Below, piece by piece: positions 1 through 8,928 of a DNA stretch of 64,000 bases. Source of the DNA: Terriglobia bacterium (GTDB lineage Bacteria > Acidobacteriota > Terriglobia > JAJPHL01 > JAPKYU01); contig CBDCVK010000010.1 in the NCBI GenBank assembly GCA_965223005.1, positions 160,001 to 224,000 on the forward strand, read 5' to 3'. Positions within the stretch are counted from its first letter, which is position 1. Every line of letters starts with the position of its first letter. A model generated the notes under the pieces. It was not told where the DNA came from. It saw only the letters and a program-made list of their open reading frames with translations, and ran no database searches. Position numbers and translations under genes: made by a program.

Positions 1-1298
1 GTCAGCACCTCCGGGCCGCTACCGATCAGCGTGGCGTTGCGCACCGGCCGGGTGATGGCGCCGTTTTCGATCAGGTACGCTTCCGAGGCGGAGAAGACGA
101 ACTTGCCGTTGGTGATGTCCACCTGCCCGCCGCCAAAGCTGACGGCGTACAGACCGCGGTCCACCGAACGGATGACTTCCTGCGGGTCGCTCTCTCCCGC
201 CAGCATGTAGGTGTTGGTCATGCGAGGCATGGGCATGTGCTCGTAGCTTTCGCGGCGCCCGTTGCCGGTGAGCGGGGCGCGCAACAACTGCGCGTTCAGC
301 TTGTCCTGCAAGTAGCCCTTCAGTACCCCCTTTTCGATCAGTACCGTGCAATTGGTCGGCGTACCCTCGTCGTCCATGTTCAATGATCCGCGGCGGGCGG
401 GGATGGTCCCGTCGTCCACCACTGTGCACAGCTCGCTGGCCACTCGCTGGCCGAGGCGCCCGCTGAAGGCGGAAGTTTTCTTGCGGTTGAAGTCCGCTTC
501 CAGACCGTGGCCCACTGCTTCATGCAGCAGGATGCCCGGCCAGCCCGGACCGAGTACCACCGCCATCTCGCCAGCGGGGGCGTCGGTGGCTTCCAGTTGT
601 ACAACAGCCTGGCGCGCCGCTTCGGTGGCGAAGTGCTCGGGGGTTTTCTCTCGCTCGAAAAATTCCAGCTCGACTCGGCCGCCCCCGCCGCTTGTGCCAC
701 GCTGAGTGATCTGGCCCTGGCGTGCCAGGCAGACCAAGCTGAGGCGGGCCAAGGGTTGGAAGTCACCCACCAGCCGCCCGTCGGAGCCGGCCACCATCAC
801 GTAGCGGACCTCGTCGGCATAGCCGACGCGCACCTGGAAGATGCGGTGGTCGTGGCGACGGGCGGCCCGGTCGGCGCGGAACACCAGCTCCATCTTGCGT
901 GCCAGTTCCACGTCGGTGGGCGCGGTGAGGACCGGGTACAGGTTGCGCTCCACGGTAGCGCCCGCCAACCCCACCGTGCTCACGCGGGCCGGGCCGCTGG
1001 CGATTTGGGCGGCGATGCGCGCCGCCTGCAGGATTTTTTCCGCGGCCAGATCGTCGGTGTAGGCGTAGCCGGTCTTCTCGCCGGAAATGACCCGCACGCC
1101 GCAGCCCACCGACACTCCCTGCGTCGCTCCCTTCACGATGGATTCATCCAGACTGATGGAGGTGGTAGCCTGATACTCGAAATACAGGTCGGCGTAGTCA
1201 CCACCGGCCGACAGCGCTTCCCCGAGATAGCGCTCCAGATCGCGCTCGGTCACGCCGTACCGTTCGTCGAAGAACTTGCGTTCGGGCTTGGTCGTCAT
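1..1298 (-). CDS. tldD: TldD metalloprotease, 3' end runs off the window
   Basis: Manual translation from ATG at 1298: MTTKPERKFF...GDYADLYFE...GILLHEAVGHGLEADFNRK...GNGRRESY..MPMPRMTNTYM..GGQVDITNGKFVF. No stop before base 1, so it is absent from the ORF track. Confidence 0.93.
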   Translation of the reverse strand, partial: MTTKPERKFFDERYGVTERDLERYLGEALSAGGDYADLYFEYQATTSISLDESIVKGATQGVSVGCGVRVISGEKTGYAYTDDLAAEKILQAARIAAQIASGPARVSTVGLAGATVERNLYPVLTAPTDVELARKMELVFRADRAARRHDHRIFQVRVGYADEVRYVMVAGSDGRLVGDFQPLARLSLVCLARQGQITQRGTSGGGGRVELEFFEREKTPEHFATEAARQAVVQLEATDAPAGEMAVVLGPGWPGILLHEAVGHGLEADFNRKKTSAFSGRLGQRVASELCTVVDDGTIPARRGSLNMDDEGTPTNCTVLIEKGVLKGYLQDKLNAQLLRAPLTGNGRRESYEHMPMPRMTNTYMLAGESDPQEVIRSVDRGLYAVSFGGGQVDITNGKFVFSASEAYLIENGAITRPVRNATLIGSGPEVL

Positions 1299-1505
1299 TG
1301 TCGTTCCTATTCTATTCCAGGAACGCCTGCCAGGGTAAACACCTGCACGCCAGTCTACCAGGAACCGCTCCTTGAAGGTCGCGGCTCGGCCCGGCGTGCA
1401 AACCAACAGAGCCGCGCGCGTCAACAAGCGGTGCGCTTGTGCTGGCGGGCGCTGCACGCCGCGGATCGCAGATCCCGGCCCTACGCGCTTCGCAACTTTG
1501 CGGCA

Positions 1506-1514
1506 TGCTATATT
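1506..1514 (+). promoter_or_regulatory. Putative extended -10 promoter for valS
   Basis: TGCTATATT (TGnTATAtT) 9 nt upstream of ATG 1524; no Shine-Dalgarno visible. Confidence 0.4.
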
Positions 1515-1523
1515 TAGTTGTTT

Positions 1524-4142
1524 ATGCGGCAGGAGTTGGCCAAAACTTACGATCCGCACGCGATTGAGGAGCGGTGGGGCAACTGGTGGGTCGAGCGCAA
1601 CCTGTTCCGCGCTGACCCGGCGAGCCGAAGGCCCATGTTCTCGCTGGTGATCCCGCCGCCCAACGTGACCGGCTCGCTCCACATGGGCCACATGCTGGAG
1701 CATACCGAGATTGACATCCTGATCCGCTGGAAGCGCATGAACGGCTTCAATACGCTGTGGCTGCCGGGCACCGACCACGCCGGCATCGCCACACAGGTGA
1801 TGGTGGAGCGGCAACTGGCCGAGGAGGGCCTGGACCGCAAGCAACTGGGCCGCGAGGAATTTGAGCGCCGGGTGTGGAAGTGGAAAGAGGAGCACGGCGA
1901 CACCATCAACCGCCAGATGCGCCGCCTGGGGACCTCCTGCGACTGGTCGCGCGAGCGTTTCACCCTGGACCCAGGGTTGTCGAGGACCGTGCGGGAAGTT
2001 TTTGTGCGGCTCTACGAAAAGAAGCTGATCTACCGCAGCCGCTACACGATCAACTGGTGCCCGCGCTGCCAGACGGCGCTGTCCGATCTGGAGGTCATTC
2101 ACGACGAGCAGCCCGGCAGCCTGTGGCACATCCGCTATCCGGTCCTGGGCACCGAAGAGCACGTGGTGGTGGCCACCACGCGTCCCGAGACGATGCTCGG
2201 CGATACCGCTGTCGCCGTGCATCCCGACGACGCGCGCTACCGGAAGTTTTACGGGAAGGCCGTCCTGCTGCCGCTTATGGACCGGGAAATTCCGCTGATC
2301 ACCGATACCTACGCCAACCCGGAGTTTGGCTCCGGAGCCGTCAAGGTGACCCCGGCGCACGATCCCAACGACTTCGAGGTCGGCCAGCGGCACCGCCTGG
2401 AAGAGGTGGAGGTGATCGACGAGCAGGGCCGGATGAACCACAACGCCGGGCGTTACGCCGGCGTGGACCGCAAGGAAGCTCGCCAACGTGTCGTGGCTGA
2501 CCTGGAGCGGCTGGGGCTGCTCGAAAAGGTGGAACCTTACACGGTGCCGCTGGGCAAATGCCAGCGCTGCCGCACGGTCCTGGAGCCACGCGTCTCCCTG
2601 CAGTGGTTCGTGCGTGTCGGCCCACTGGCCGGGCCGGCCATCGAGGCCGTTCGCGATGGACGCATTCGCTTCGTTCCCGACTACTACGCCCGGGACTACT
2701 TCAACTGGATGGAGAACCTCCACGACTGGTGCATCTCGCGCCAGCTCTGGTGGGGTCACCGCATCCCGGCCTGGTACTGCCACGCCTGTGGCCAAACCCT
2801 GGTCAGCCGCGAGGACCCGCGAGCCTGCCCCTGCGGCAGCCACCACCTGGAACAGGACCCCGACGTGCTGGACACCTGGTTCAGCTCGGCTCTGTGGCCG
2901 TTTTCCACCATGGGCTGGCCGGACCAGACCACCGACCTGCGCGTCTTCTATCCCACCTCGCTGATGATCACCGGCTTCGACATCCTGTTCTTCTGGGTGG
3001 CGCGGATGATCATGATGGGCCTGGAATTTGCCGGCGATGTCCCCTTCCGGGAGGTGTACATCCATGCCCTGATCCGCGATGCCGAGCGCCAGAAGATGTC
3101 CAAGACGCGAGGCAACGTGGTGGACCCGCTGGAGATCACCGAGAGCTACGGGACCGACGCGGTGCGCTTTACGCTGGCGATCATGGCCGCCCCGGGCACC
3201 GACATTGCGCTTTCCGAAGATCGCATCCGCAGCTACAGGGCCTTCGCCAACAAGATCTGGAATGCTGCCCGCTTCATTTTCCTGAAAGGCGTGCCCTACA
3301 CCGGCGCGGAACCGACGATTTCCTCACTGGAAGACCGCTGGATGTTTTCGCGGCTGGACCAGATAGCCGCCGACGTAGACGCTGCGCTTTCCGCCTACCG
3401 CTTTCACGAAGCGGCGCACCTGCTCTACCAGTTCTTCTGGCACGAGTTCTGCGACTGGTACATCGAATTGAAGAAGCTGGACACCTCCGAGCAGTCCTGG
3501 CAGAACCTGCTGTGGGTTTTCGAGCACGCCCTACGCCTCCTGCACCCGTTCATGCCCTTCATCACCGAGGAGCTGTGGCAGCAGTTGACCAGACCAGGAC
3601 AGCCTGCCACCACTTCCATTGCCGTCGAACCCTACCCGCGCCCTGGAGGGCGCTGGCGCGACGACGATGCGGTGCGGCTTATGGCCGCGCTGCAGGAAGC
3701 CATGGTCAGCATTCGCAACATCAGGGCCGAGCTGAAAATCGAGCCCAAGCGGCGGGTGCCAGCTGAAGTCTATTTCCCGGATCGGGGCCTGCGGGCGCTG
3801 GCCGAGGAGGCCCGCCCCGCGTTTGAAAGCCTGGCCCGTGTCTCGCGGTTGACACTGCTGGAACAGCCGCCCGCCAAGCAGGAAGGCGTGTTGCGCCATA
3901 GCCCCGAGTTTGACTTACGCGTCCCGCTGGCCGATGCGGTGGATCGGGACGCCGAGCGCCGCCGCCTGGAGAAGGAGCGCGAGCAGCTCCGGCGCCAGTC
4001 GGAATCGCTGCACCGGCAACTGGAAAACCCCGGCTTCCGACAGCGAGCCCCGCAGCAGGTGGTCGCCGGCGCCGAACAGCGCCTGAAAGAGAACCTGCTG
4101 CAGCAACAGAAGATCGAAGATACGCTTGCCAGCCTGGCCTGA
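1524..4142 (+). CDS. valS: Valine--tRNA ligase
   Basis: PPPNVTGSLHMGH (HIGH), DWCISRQLWWGHRIP, KMSKT motifs, C-terminal coiled coil. Confidence 0.98.
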   Translation: MRQELAKTYDPHAIEERWGNWWVERNLFRADPASRRPMFSLVIPPPNVTGSLHMGHMLEHTEIDILIRWKRMNGFNTLWLPGTDHAGIATQVMVERQLAEEGLDRKQLGREEFERRVWKWKEEHGDTINRQMRRLGTSCDWSRERFTLDPGLSRTVREVFVRLYEKKLIYRSRYTINWCPRCQTALSDLEVIHDEQPGSLWHIRYPVLGTEEHVVVATTRPETMLGDTAVAVHPDDARYRKFYGKAVLLPLMDREIPLITDTYANPEFGSGAVKVTPAHDPNDFEVGQRHRLEEVEVIDEQGRMNHNAGRYAGVDRKEARQRVVADLERLGLLEKVEPYTVPLGKCQRCRTVLEPRVSLQWFVRVGPLAGPAIEAVRDGRIRFVPDYYARDYFNWMENLHDWCISRQLWWGHRIPAWYCHACGQTLVSREDPRACPCGSHHLEQDPDVLDTWFSSALWPFSTMGWPDQTTDLRVFYPTSLMITGFDILFFWVARMIMMGLEFAGDVPFREVYIHALIRDAERQKMSKTRGNVVDPLEITESYGTDAVRFTLAIMAAPGTDIALSEDRIRSYRAFANKIWNAARFIFLKGVPYTGAEPTISSLEDRWMFSRLDQIAADVDAALSAYRFHEAAHLLYQFFWHEFCDWYIELKKLDTSEQSWQNLLWVFEHALRLLHPFMPFITEELWQQLTRPGQPATTSIAVEPYPRPGGRWRDDDAVRLMAALQEAMVSIRNIRAELKIEPKRRVPAEVYFPDRGLRALAEEARPAFESLARVSRLTLLEQPPAKQEGVLRHSPEFDLRVPLADAVDRDAERRRLEKEREQLRRQSESLHRQLENPGFRQRAPQQVVAGAEQRLKENLLQQQKIEDTLASLA

Positions 4143-5025
4143 GCGCGATGTTCAAGAACTGATTGCGCGTGCCCTGGAAGAAGACGTAGGGCCGGGTGAC
4201 ATCACCACGGCCGCCTGCGTTCCCGCCAATGCCCGCGCCCGCGGGCAGTTCCTGGCGCGGCAGGAGCTGGTGCTGGCCGGTGTCGAGCTGCTGCCGCTGA
4301 TCTACGCGCAGGAGCTGGAGACGCACCAGGCGAGCGGCGACCGCATCGCTGCCGGGGAGCTGATCGCCGCCATCTGCGGGCCCGCACGGCGGCTGCTAGA
4401 ACGGGAGCGGGTGGCCCTGAACTTCCTCCAGCACCTGAGCGGCATCGCCACCTACACCCGCAGCTTTGTGGACGCCGTGGAAGGGACGGGAGCTACAATC
4501 CGGGACACGCGAAAGACAACGCCGGGCCTGCGGCGGCTCGAGAAACGCGCGGTCCTCGCCGGGGGCGGGTGCAACCATCGCGCGGGTCTCTACGACGCCG
4601 TGCTGATCAAGGAGAACCACATTGCGGCCGCGGGCGGGGTTCGCGCCGCCGTGGAGGCGGCGCGCCGGATCTCGGAAAGTGTCGAGGTGGAAGTGAGGAA
4701 CCGCGGGGAACTGGAGCGGGCGCTGGCGGCCGTCGCCGACTGCGTCCTGCTGGATAACATGACCCCCGAGCAGGTGCGCGCCTGCGTCGCCCTAGTCCCC
4801 GGCATAGTGAAGGATAAGACCGCCGGAGCACCGGCCAGGCCCCCAAGTCCGTCGCCGCGGCGGGTGCTGGTGGAGGTCTCGGGCGGTGTGACGCTGGCCA
4901 ACGTGCGCGACTACGCGTTGGCCGGCCCCGACTACATTGCCGTCGGCGCGCTGACCCACTCGGCTCCGGCCGCCGACATTACCTTCCTGCTGGAGTCCCC
5001 GTTGGAGTCGGGCAGCCGTGGATAA
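4126..5025 (+). CDS. nadC: Nicotinate-nucleotide diphosphorylase (QAPRTase)
   Basis: DTRKTTPGLR, NHRAGLYDAVLIKENH, EVEV, LLDNM, EVSGG motifs; start uncertain. Confidence 0.95.
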   Translation: MPAWPERDVQELIARALEEDVGPGDITTAACVPANARARGQFLARQELVLAGVELLPLIYAQELETHQASGDRIAAGELIAAICGPARRLLERERVALNFLQHLSGIATYTRSFVDAVEGTGATIRDTRKTTPGLRRLEKRAVLAGGGCNHRAGLYDAVLIKENHIAAAGGVRAAVEAARRISESVEVEVRNRGELERALAAVADCVLLDNMTPEQVRACVALVPGIVKDKTAGAPARPPSPSPRRVLVEVSGGVTLANVRDYALAGPDYIAVGALTHSAPAADITFLLESPLESGSRG

Positions 5026-5995
5026 GGAACTGGACCGGCTGGTGGAGCTGCTGGTGGATCACGCCATGGTCGTGGTCTCCGGCACCAATGCGGCTGCGGA
5101 GATCGGCGTGCCCCACTCAACGCTTCAGGATTGGATCGATCGGTTGCGCGCGCATGGCGCTGACATTGCCGGGGTGCGGGGACGAGGCTTTGTTCTAAGA
5201 GCCCTTCCCGACATCCTGACCCGGCGGGTCATCAAGCAGGCGGCGCACGGAACGCAGTTCGGAGCGCACGTGCACCACTACTACTCGATCGGCTCGACGA
5301 TGGATGTCGCCTCGGAGCTGGCCCACCACGGCGCGCCTCATGGCACAATTGTTTTGGCAGAAGAACAGACAGCCGGACGAGGGCGCCTCGGCCACAGCTG
5401 GTATTCGGAGCGGTCCACGGGAATTTACTGCTCGCTGATTCTCCGCCCAAGAATGCCAGCGGCTCTAGGACCGGTCCTGACTCTGGCAGCCGGCCTGGCG
5501 TTGGCCGATACGGTTTCGGAACTCACCCACCAGCCCGCGGACCTGCGCTGGCCCAACGATGTGCTCCTGGGCGAGCTTAAGTGCGGCGGCGTTCTGCTGG
5601 AGATGACGGCTGAGGCCGAACTCGTCAAGTACCTAGGACTGGGCATCGGGGTTAACGTGAACCAGCAGGCCTTCCCGCAGGAGCTGGCCGGGGAGGCCAC
5701 CTCGCTGGCGCTAGTGGCCGGGCGACGCTTGTCGCGTGCCGAGGTGCTGGAAACCCTGTTGCATGCACTGGACGGGCGCTGCCGCCAGTTCCTCAACGCG
5801 GGTAGCGCCTCGGTGATCGCAGATTTTCAGTCGCGTTCCAGTTTCGCCTGGGGTCGCCGGGTGGTCGTGGAGAACCAATCGGGCAGCTTTACCGGCGCTA
5901 CCCAGGGCCTGGACTCCGCTGGCTTCCTGCTGGTGCTCCGTGACGACAACGCGAAGGTCGAACCCCTGCTGGCAGGCATGGTCCGGCCGGCCTGA
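5018..5995 (+). CDS. birA: Bifunctional biotin--protein ligase with N-terminal HTH
   Basis: STMD, AEEQTAGRGRLG, RWPNDV, KCGGVL, GIGVNV motifs. Confidence 0.93.
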   Translation: MDKELDRLVELLVDHAMVVVSGTNAAAEIGVPHSTLQDWIDRLRAHGADIAGVRGRGFVLRALPDILTRRVIKQAAHGTQFGAHVHHYYSIGSTMDVASELAHHGAPHGTIVLAEEQTAGRGRLGHSWYSERSTGIYCSLILRPRMPAALGPVLTLAAGLALADTVSELTHQPADLRWPNDVLLGELKCGGVLLEMTAEAELVKYLGLGIGVNVNQQAFPQELAGEATSLALVAGRRLSRAEVLETLLHALDGRCRQFLNAGSASVIADFQSRSSFAWGRRVVVENQSGSFTGATQGLDSAGFLLVLRDDNAKVEPLLAGMVRPA

Positions 5996-6003
5996 GGGAG
6001 CCT

Positions 6004-6774
6004 ATGCTTTTAGTGATTGACGTCGGCAATACCAACACTGTGCTCGGGCTGTTTGCCGGCCAGCGGCTGGTGGCCCACTGGCGGCTGACCACCCTGCACG
6101 AACAGACCGTGGATGAGTACGGCATCCTGATCCGCAACTTGTTTGCGGTGGATCAGATTGACCCAGATGGGATCCATGGCATCATCATCTCCAGCGTGGT
6201 GCCGCAGCTCGACTCGACCCTGGAGGAGGTGGCGCTGCGCTATTTCGGGCGCCCCCCGCTGTTTGTCCGGCCAGAGACGCTGACCGGCATTCCGTTACTG
6301 TACGACAACCCCCAGGAGGTCGGAGCGGATCGCATGGTGAATGCGGTCGCCGCCCATGCGAAGTACGGTGGACCCTGCGTGGTGGTGGACTTCGGTACGG
6401 CCATTACCTTCGACGCCATCTCCCGGCAGGGCGAGTACCTGGGCGGGATCATTGCGCCCGGATTGGGCATCTCGGCCGAAGCCCTGTTCAGCCGCGCCGC
6501 TCGACTCACCCGAGTGGACTTGCGCGAACCGGCCCAGGTCATCGGCACCAACACTACCGCCAGTATCCAGTCCGGGCTCTACTACGGCTTCATCGGCCTG
6601 GTGGACGGCATCCTGGAACGAATTTTGGCGTCGCTCGGGTCCGGGGCGGCGGTGGTGGCCACCGGAGGCCAGGCGGAGCTGCTGGCTCGCGGCTCGCGCT
6701 TCATCCGCGAAGTGGACCAGAAATTGACCTTGGAAGGCCTGCGGATCATCTGGGAGCGGAACCGCCCTATCTAG
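6004..6774 (+). CDS. coaX: Type III pantothenate kinase
   Basis: IDVGNTNT, GADR, VDFGTAITFD, GGIIAPG, ATGG motifs. Confidence 0.96.
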   Translation: MLLVIDVGNTNTVLGLFAGQRLVAHWRLTTLHEQTVDEYGILIRNLFAVDQIDPDGIHGIIISSVVPQLDSTLEEVALRYFGRPPLFVRPETLTGIPLLYDNPQEVGADRMVNAVAAHAKYGGPCVVVDFGTAITFDAISRQGEYLGGIIAPGLGISAEALFSRAARLTRVDLREPAQVIGTNTTASIQSGLYYGFIGLVDGILERILASLGSGAAVVATGGQAELLARGSRFIREVDQKLTLEGLRIIWERNRPI

Positions 6775-6848
6775 CCGCTGTCTCTCACTCTGGCGAGTCA
6801 TCGTCGCAGCGTTGAAAACGCAACGGCGGAATAAAGTTGGCGTCTGGG

Positions 6849-7502
6849 ATGGAAAACTACTTCAATTATTTCACTGAAATTGAGGAGCATTTTCAGAGGG
6901 CGCGCGGGTCCGGAACATTTCGGCTTTCCACCCTGGACTGGGCACTCATTGAGAGCTGGAAAGAATCGCAAATTCCGCTGGAGGCGGCGCTGCGCGGAAT
7001 TGACTGCGCCTTTGAAAAATGGCACGCGCGGGCGCGCCGGAGCCGAATGGTGAACAGCTTGGCTTACTGCGCTCAGGAGGTGATGGCGGCAGCGCATGAG
7101 CAGGCCCCAACAGCCGACAGCCGTCCGTCCGTCGCCGCTCCCTTCACTGCGGAGGAACTGGCGGCTCTGTTTGGCCGGCACGCGACGGTGCTGCAGCCCC
7201 GCTTCCCGGAGCTCGCCCGGAGCCTGGACGAGCTCCGGCAAGCCGCGGAATCTGGCATCCCGCTGGATTTGGAAGAGGTAGAGCGCCGTCTGACAGTGCT
7301 GGAGGAAAAAATGTTCTCGGCCCTGCTCACCGCCGCCAGCGAGCAACGCCTGCTGGCACTCCGCCGCGAACTGGAATCGGCCCTGCGACCGTATCGGAGG
7401 AAGCTGTCGGCCGAGCAGATGACGCTGCTGGAAAAACAATTTCTCCGTCGGGAACTTGTGGAGGCGGCCGGGCTGCCGCGTCTCAGTCTGTTCCACTGGT
7501 GA
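6849..7502 (+). CDS. Hypothetical protein, N-terminal DnaD-like pattern
   Basis: Fills the gap in a co-directional run; TGA overlaps the next GTG start. Confidence 0.75.
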   Translation: MENYFNYFTEIEEHFQRARGSGTFRLSTLDWALIESWKESQIPLEAALRGIDCAFEKWHARARRSRMVNSLAYCAQEVMAAAHEQAPTADSRPSVAAPFTAEELAALFGRHATVLQPRFPELARSLDELRQAAESGIPLDLEEVERRLTVLEEKMFSALLTAASEQRLLALRRELESALRPYRRKLSAEQMTLLEKQFLRRELVEAAGLPRLSLFHW

Positions 7503-8821
7503 AGCCGGCAATGGAGCTGCGCATTGAAAAGCTGGTGTATGGAGGCGAGGGCCTGGGACGGCTGGAAGGCCGCGCCGTGCTGCTGCCTCTGGTGCTGGCC
7601 GGTGAGCGCGTCGAGGCCCATCCCGTGAAGGAGGAGCCTCGGCTGGTTCGGGCCCGGCTCGCCCAGGTGCTGGAGCCTTCGCCGGCACGAATCGCGCCCC
7701 ACTGCACCTACTTCACGCGGTGCGGCGGTTGCCACTATCAGCATATGGGCTACGAAGAGCAGCTCCTCTATAAAGCAGCCATCCTCGAGGAGACGCTGCG
7801 GCGGGTGGGCAAGATCACCGCTCCAGCGCCAGAGCTGCTGGCTTCCCCGCCCTGGCACTACCGCAACCGCGCGCAGTTCAAAACCCACAAGCACGGCGAC
7901 ACATTCCAGTTGGGGTATTTTGAGCTGGGCTCGCATCGGCTGCTGCCCGTGGAGCGCTGTCCCATCAGCTCGCCGCGCATCAACGAGATTCTTCCCAAAC
8001 TGTGGCAATTGGGCCGGCGCTCTGATTTCCCCGCTGGAAGCGGCGAAATCGAGGTGTTTGTGACGCACGACGACTCCGGCGTGCTGGTAAATGTGGCCAG
8101 CCAGGGCCGCTGGCCTGAAACATTGGTCAGCGCGCTGCATGAGCACATTGCGGATGTTGCCTCGCTGGCCGTGGCGGAAGGCGCGGCCCGGCTTGCCGCC
8201 CTCCCCCGGTCCGCAACGAGCCGCGTTTTCGGACGCGGCTACCTCGTTTACCGGGCAGGGAATGTGGAGTATCGCGTCAGCCACGGCTCGTTTTTCCAGA
8301 CCAACCGCTTCCTGGCGGATACTCTGGCAGCCGTGGCCACCGAAAATCTGGAGGGAGACACGGTACTGGACCTGTTCGCCGGCGTCGGCTATTTTGCGCT
8401 GCACTTGGCGGGCAAGTTCCGCCGCGTGGTGGCCGTCGAATCCAACAGCTCCAGTATCCGGGACCTCGAGTCCAACCGGCAGAGGGCCGGACTGGCGCAT
8501 GTGGAGGCGGTGCCCGCTACCGCGGAGCAATTTCTGCCCCAACCGAACACTCCGCCGCGACGCGGCTCCGGCCGATTCCCCTTGCACCCCGACGCCGTGT
8601 TGCTGGACCCGCCGCGCGCCGGCCTGAGCAAAGCCGCCGCCGGGCACTTGGCCGACCTTGGGGCTCCCACCATCGTCTACGTCTCCTGCGATCCCTCCAC
8701 GCTGGCGCGCGACTTGGCCCGGCTGACGGCTCGCGACTATCGCCTGGCGCGCCTGCGGCTGGTGGACCTGTTCCCGCAGACGTTTCACATCGAGACGATT
8801 GCCACATTGGAAAAGAACTGA
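7499..8821 (+). CDS. rlmD: 23S rRNA m5U methyltransferase (RlmD/TrmA family)
   Basis: TRAM-like N-terminus, CxxxxxCGGC Fe-S motif, FFQTN, LDLFAGVG, LDPPRAG, YVSCDP, DLFPQTFHIE. Confidence 0.92.
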   Translation: MKPAMELRIEKLVYGGEGLGRLEGRAVLLPLVLAGERVEAHPVKEEPRLVRARLAQVLEPSPARIAPHCTYFTRCGGCHYQHMGYEEQLLYKAAILEETLRRVGKITAPAPELLASPPWHYRNRAQFKTHKHGDTFQLGYFELGSHRLLPVERCPISSPRINEILPKLWQLGRRSDFPAGSGEIEVFVTHDDSGVLVNVASQGRWPETLVSALHEHIADVASLAVAEGAARLAALPRSATSRVFGRGYLVYRAGNVEYRVSHGSFFQTNRFLADTLAAVATENLEGDTVLDLFAGVGYFALHLAGKFRRVVAVESNSSSIRDLESNRQRAGLAHVEAVPATAEQFLPQPNTPPRRGSGRFPLHPDAVLLDPPRAGLSKAAAGHLADLGAPTIVYVSCDPSTLARDLARLTARDYRLARLRLVDLFPQTFHIETIATLEKN

Positions 8822-8928
8822 GATTTTGTTCGAAGAACCAGGATGACCACGAGGCTGGCAACTGGGTACTACGATCACAGCCGGCGCCCGTCGGCGCTTC
8901 GGCTGCATCAGTGATACTGAAATAGGCC

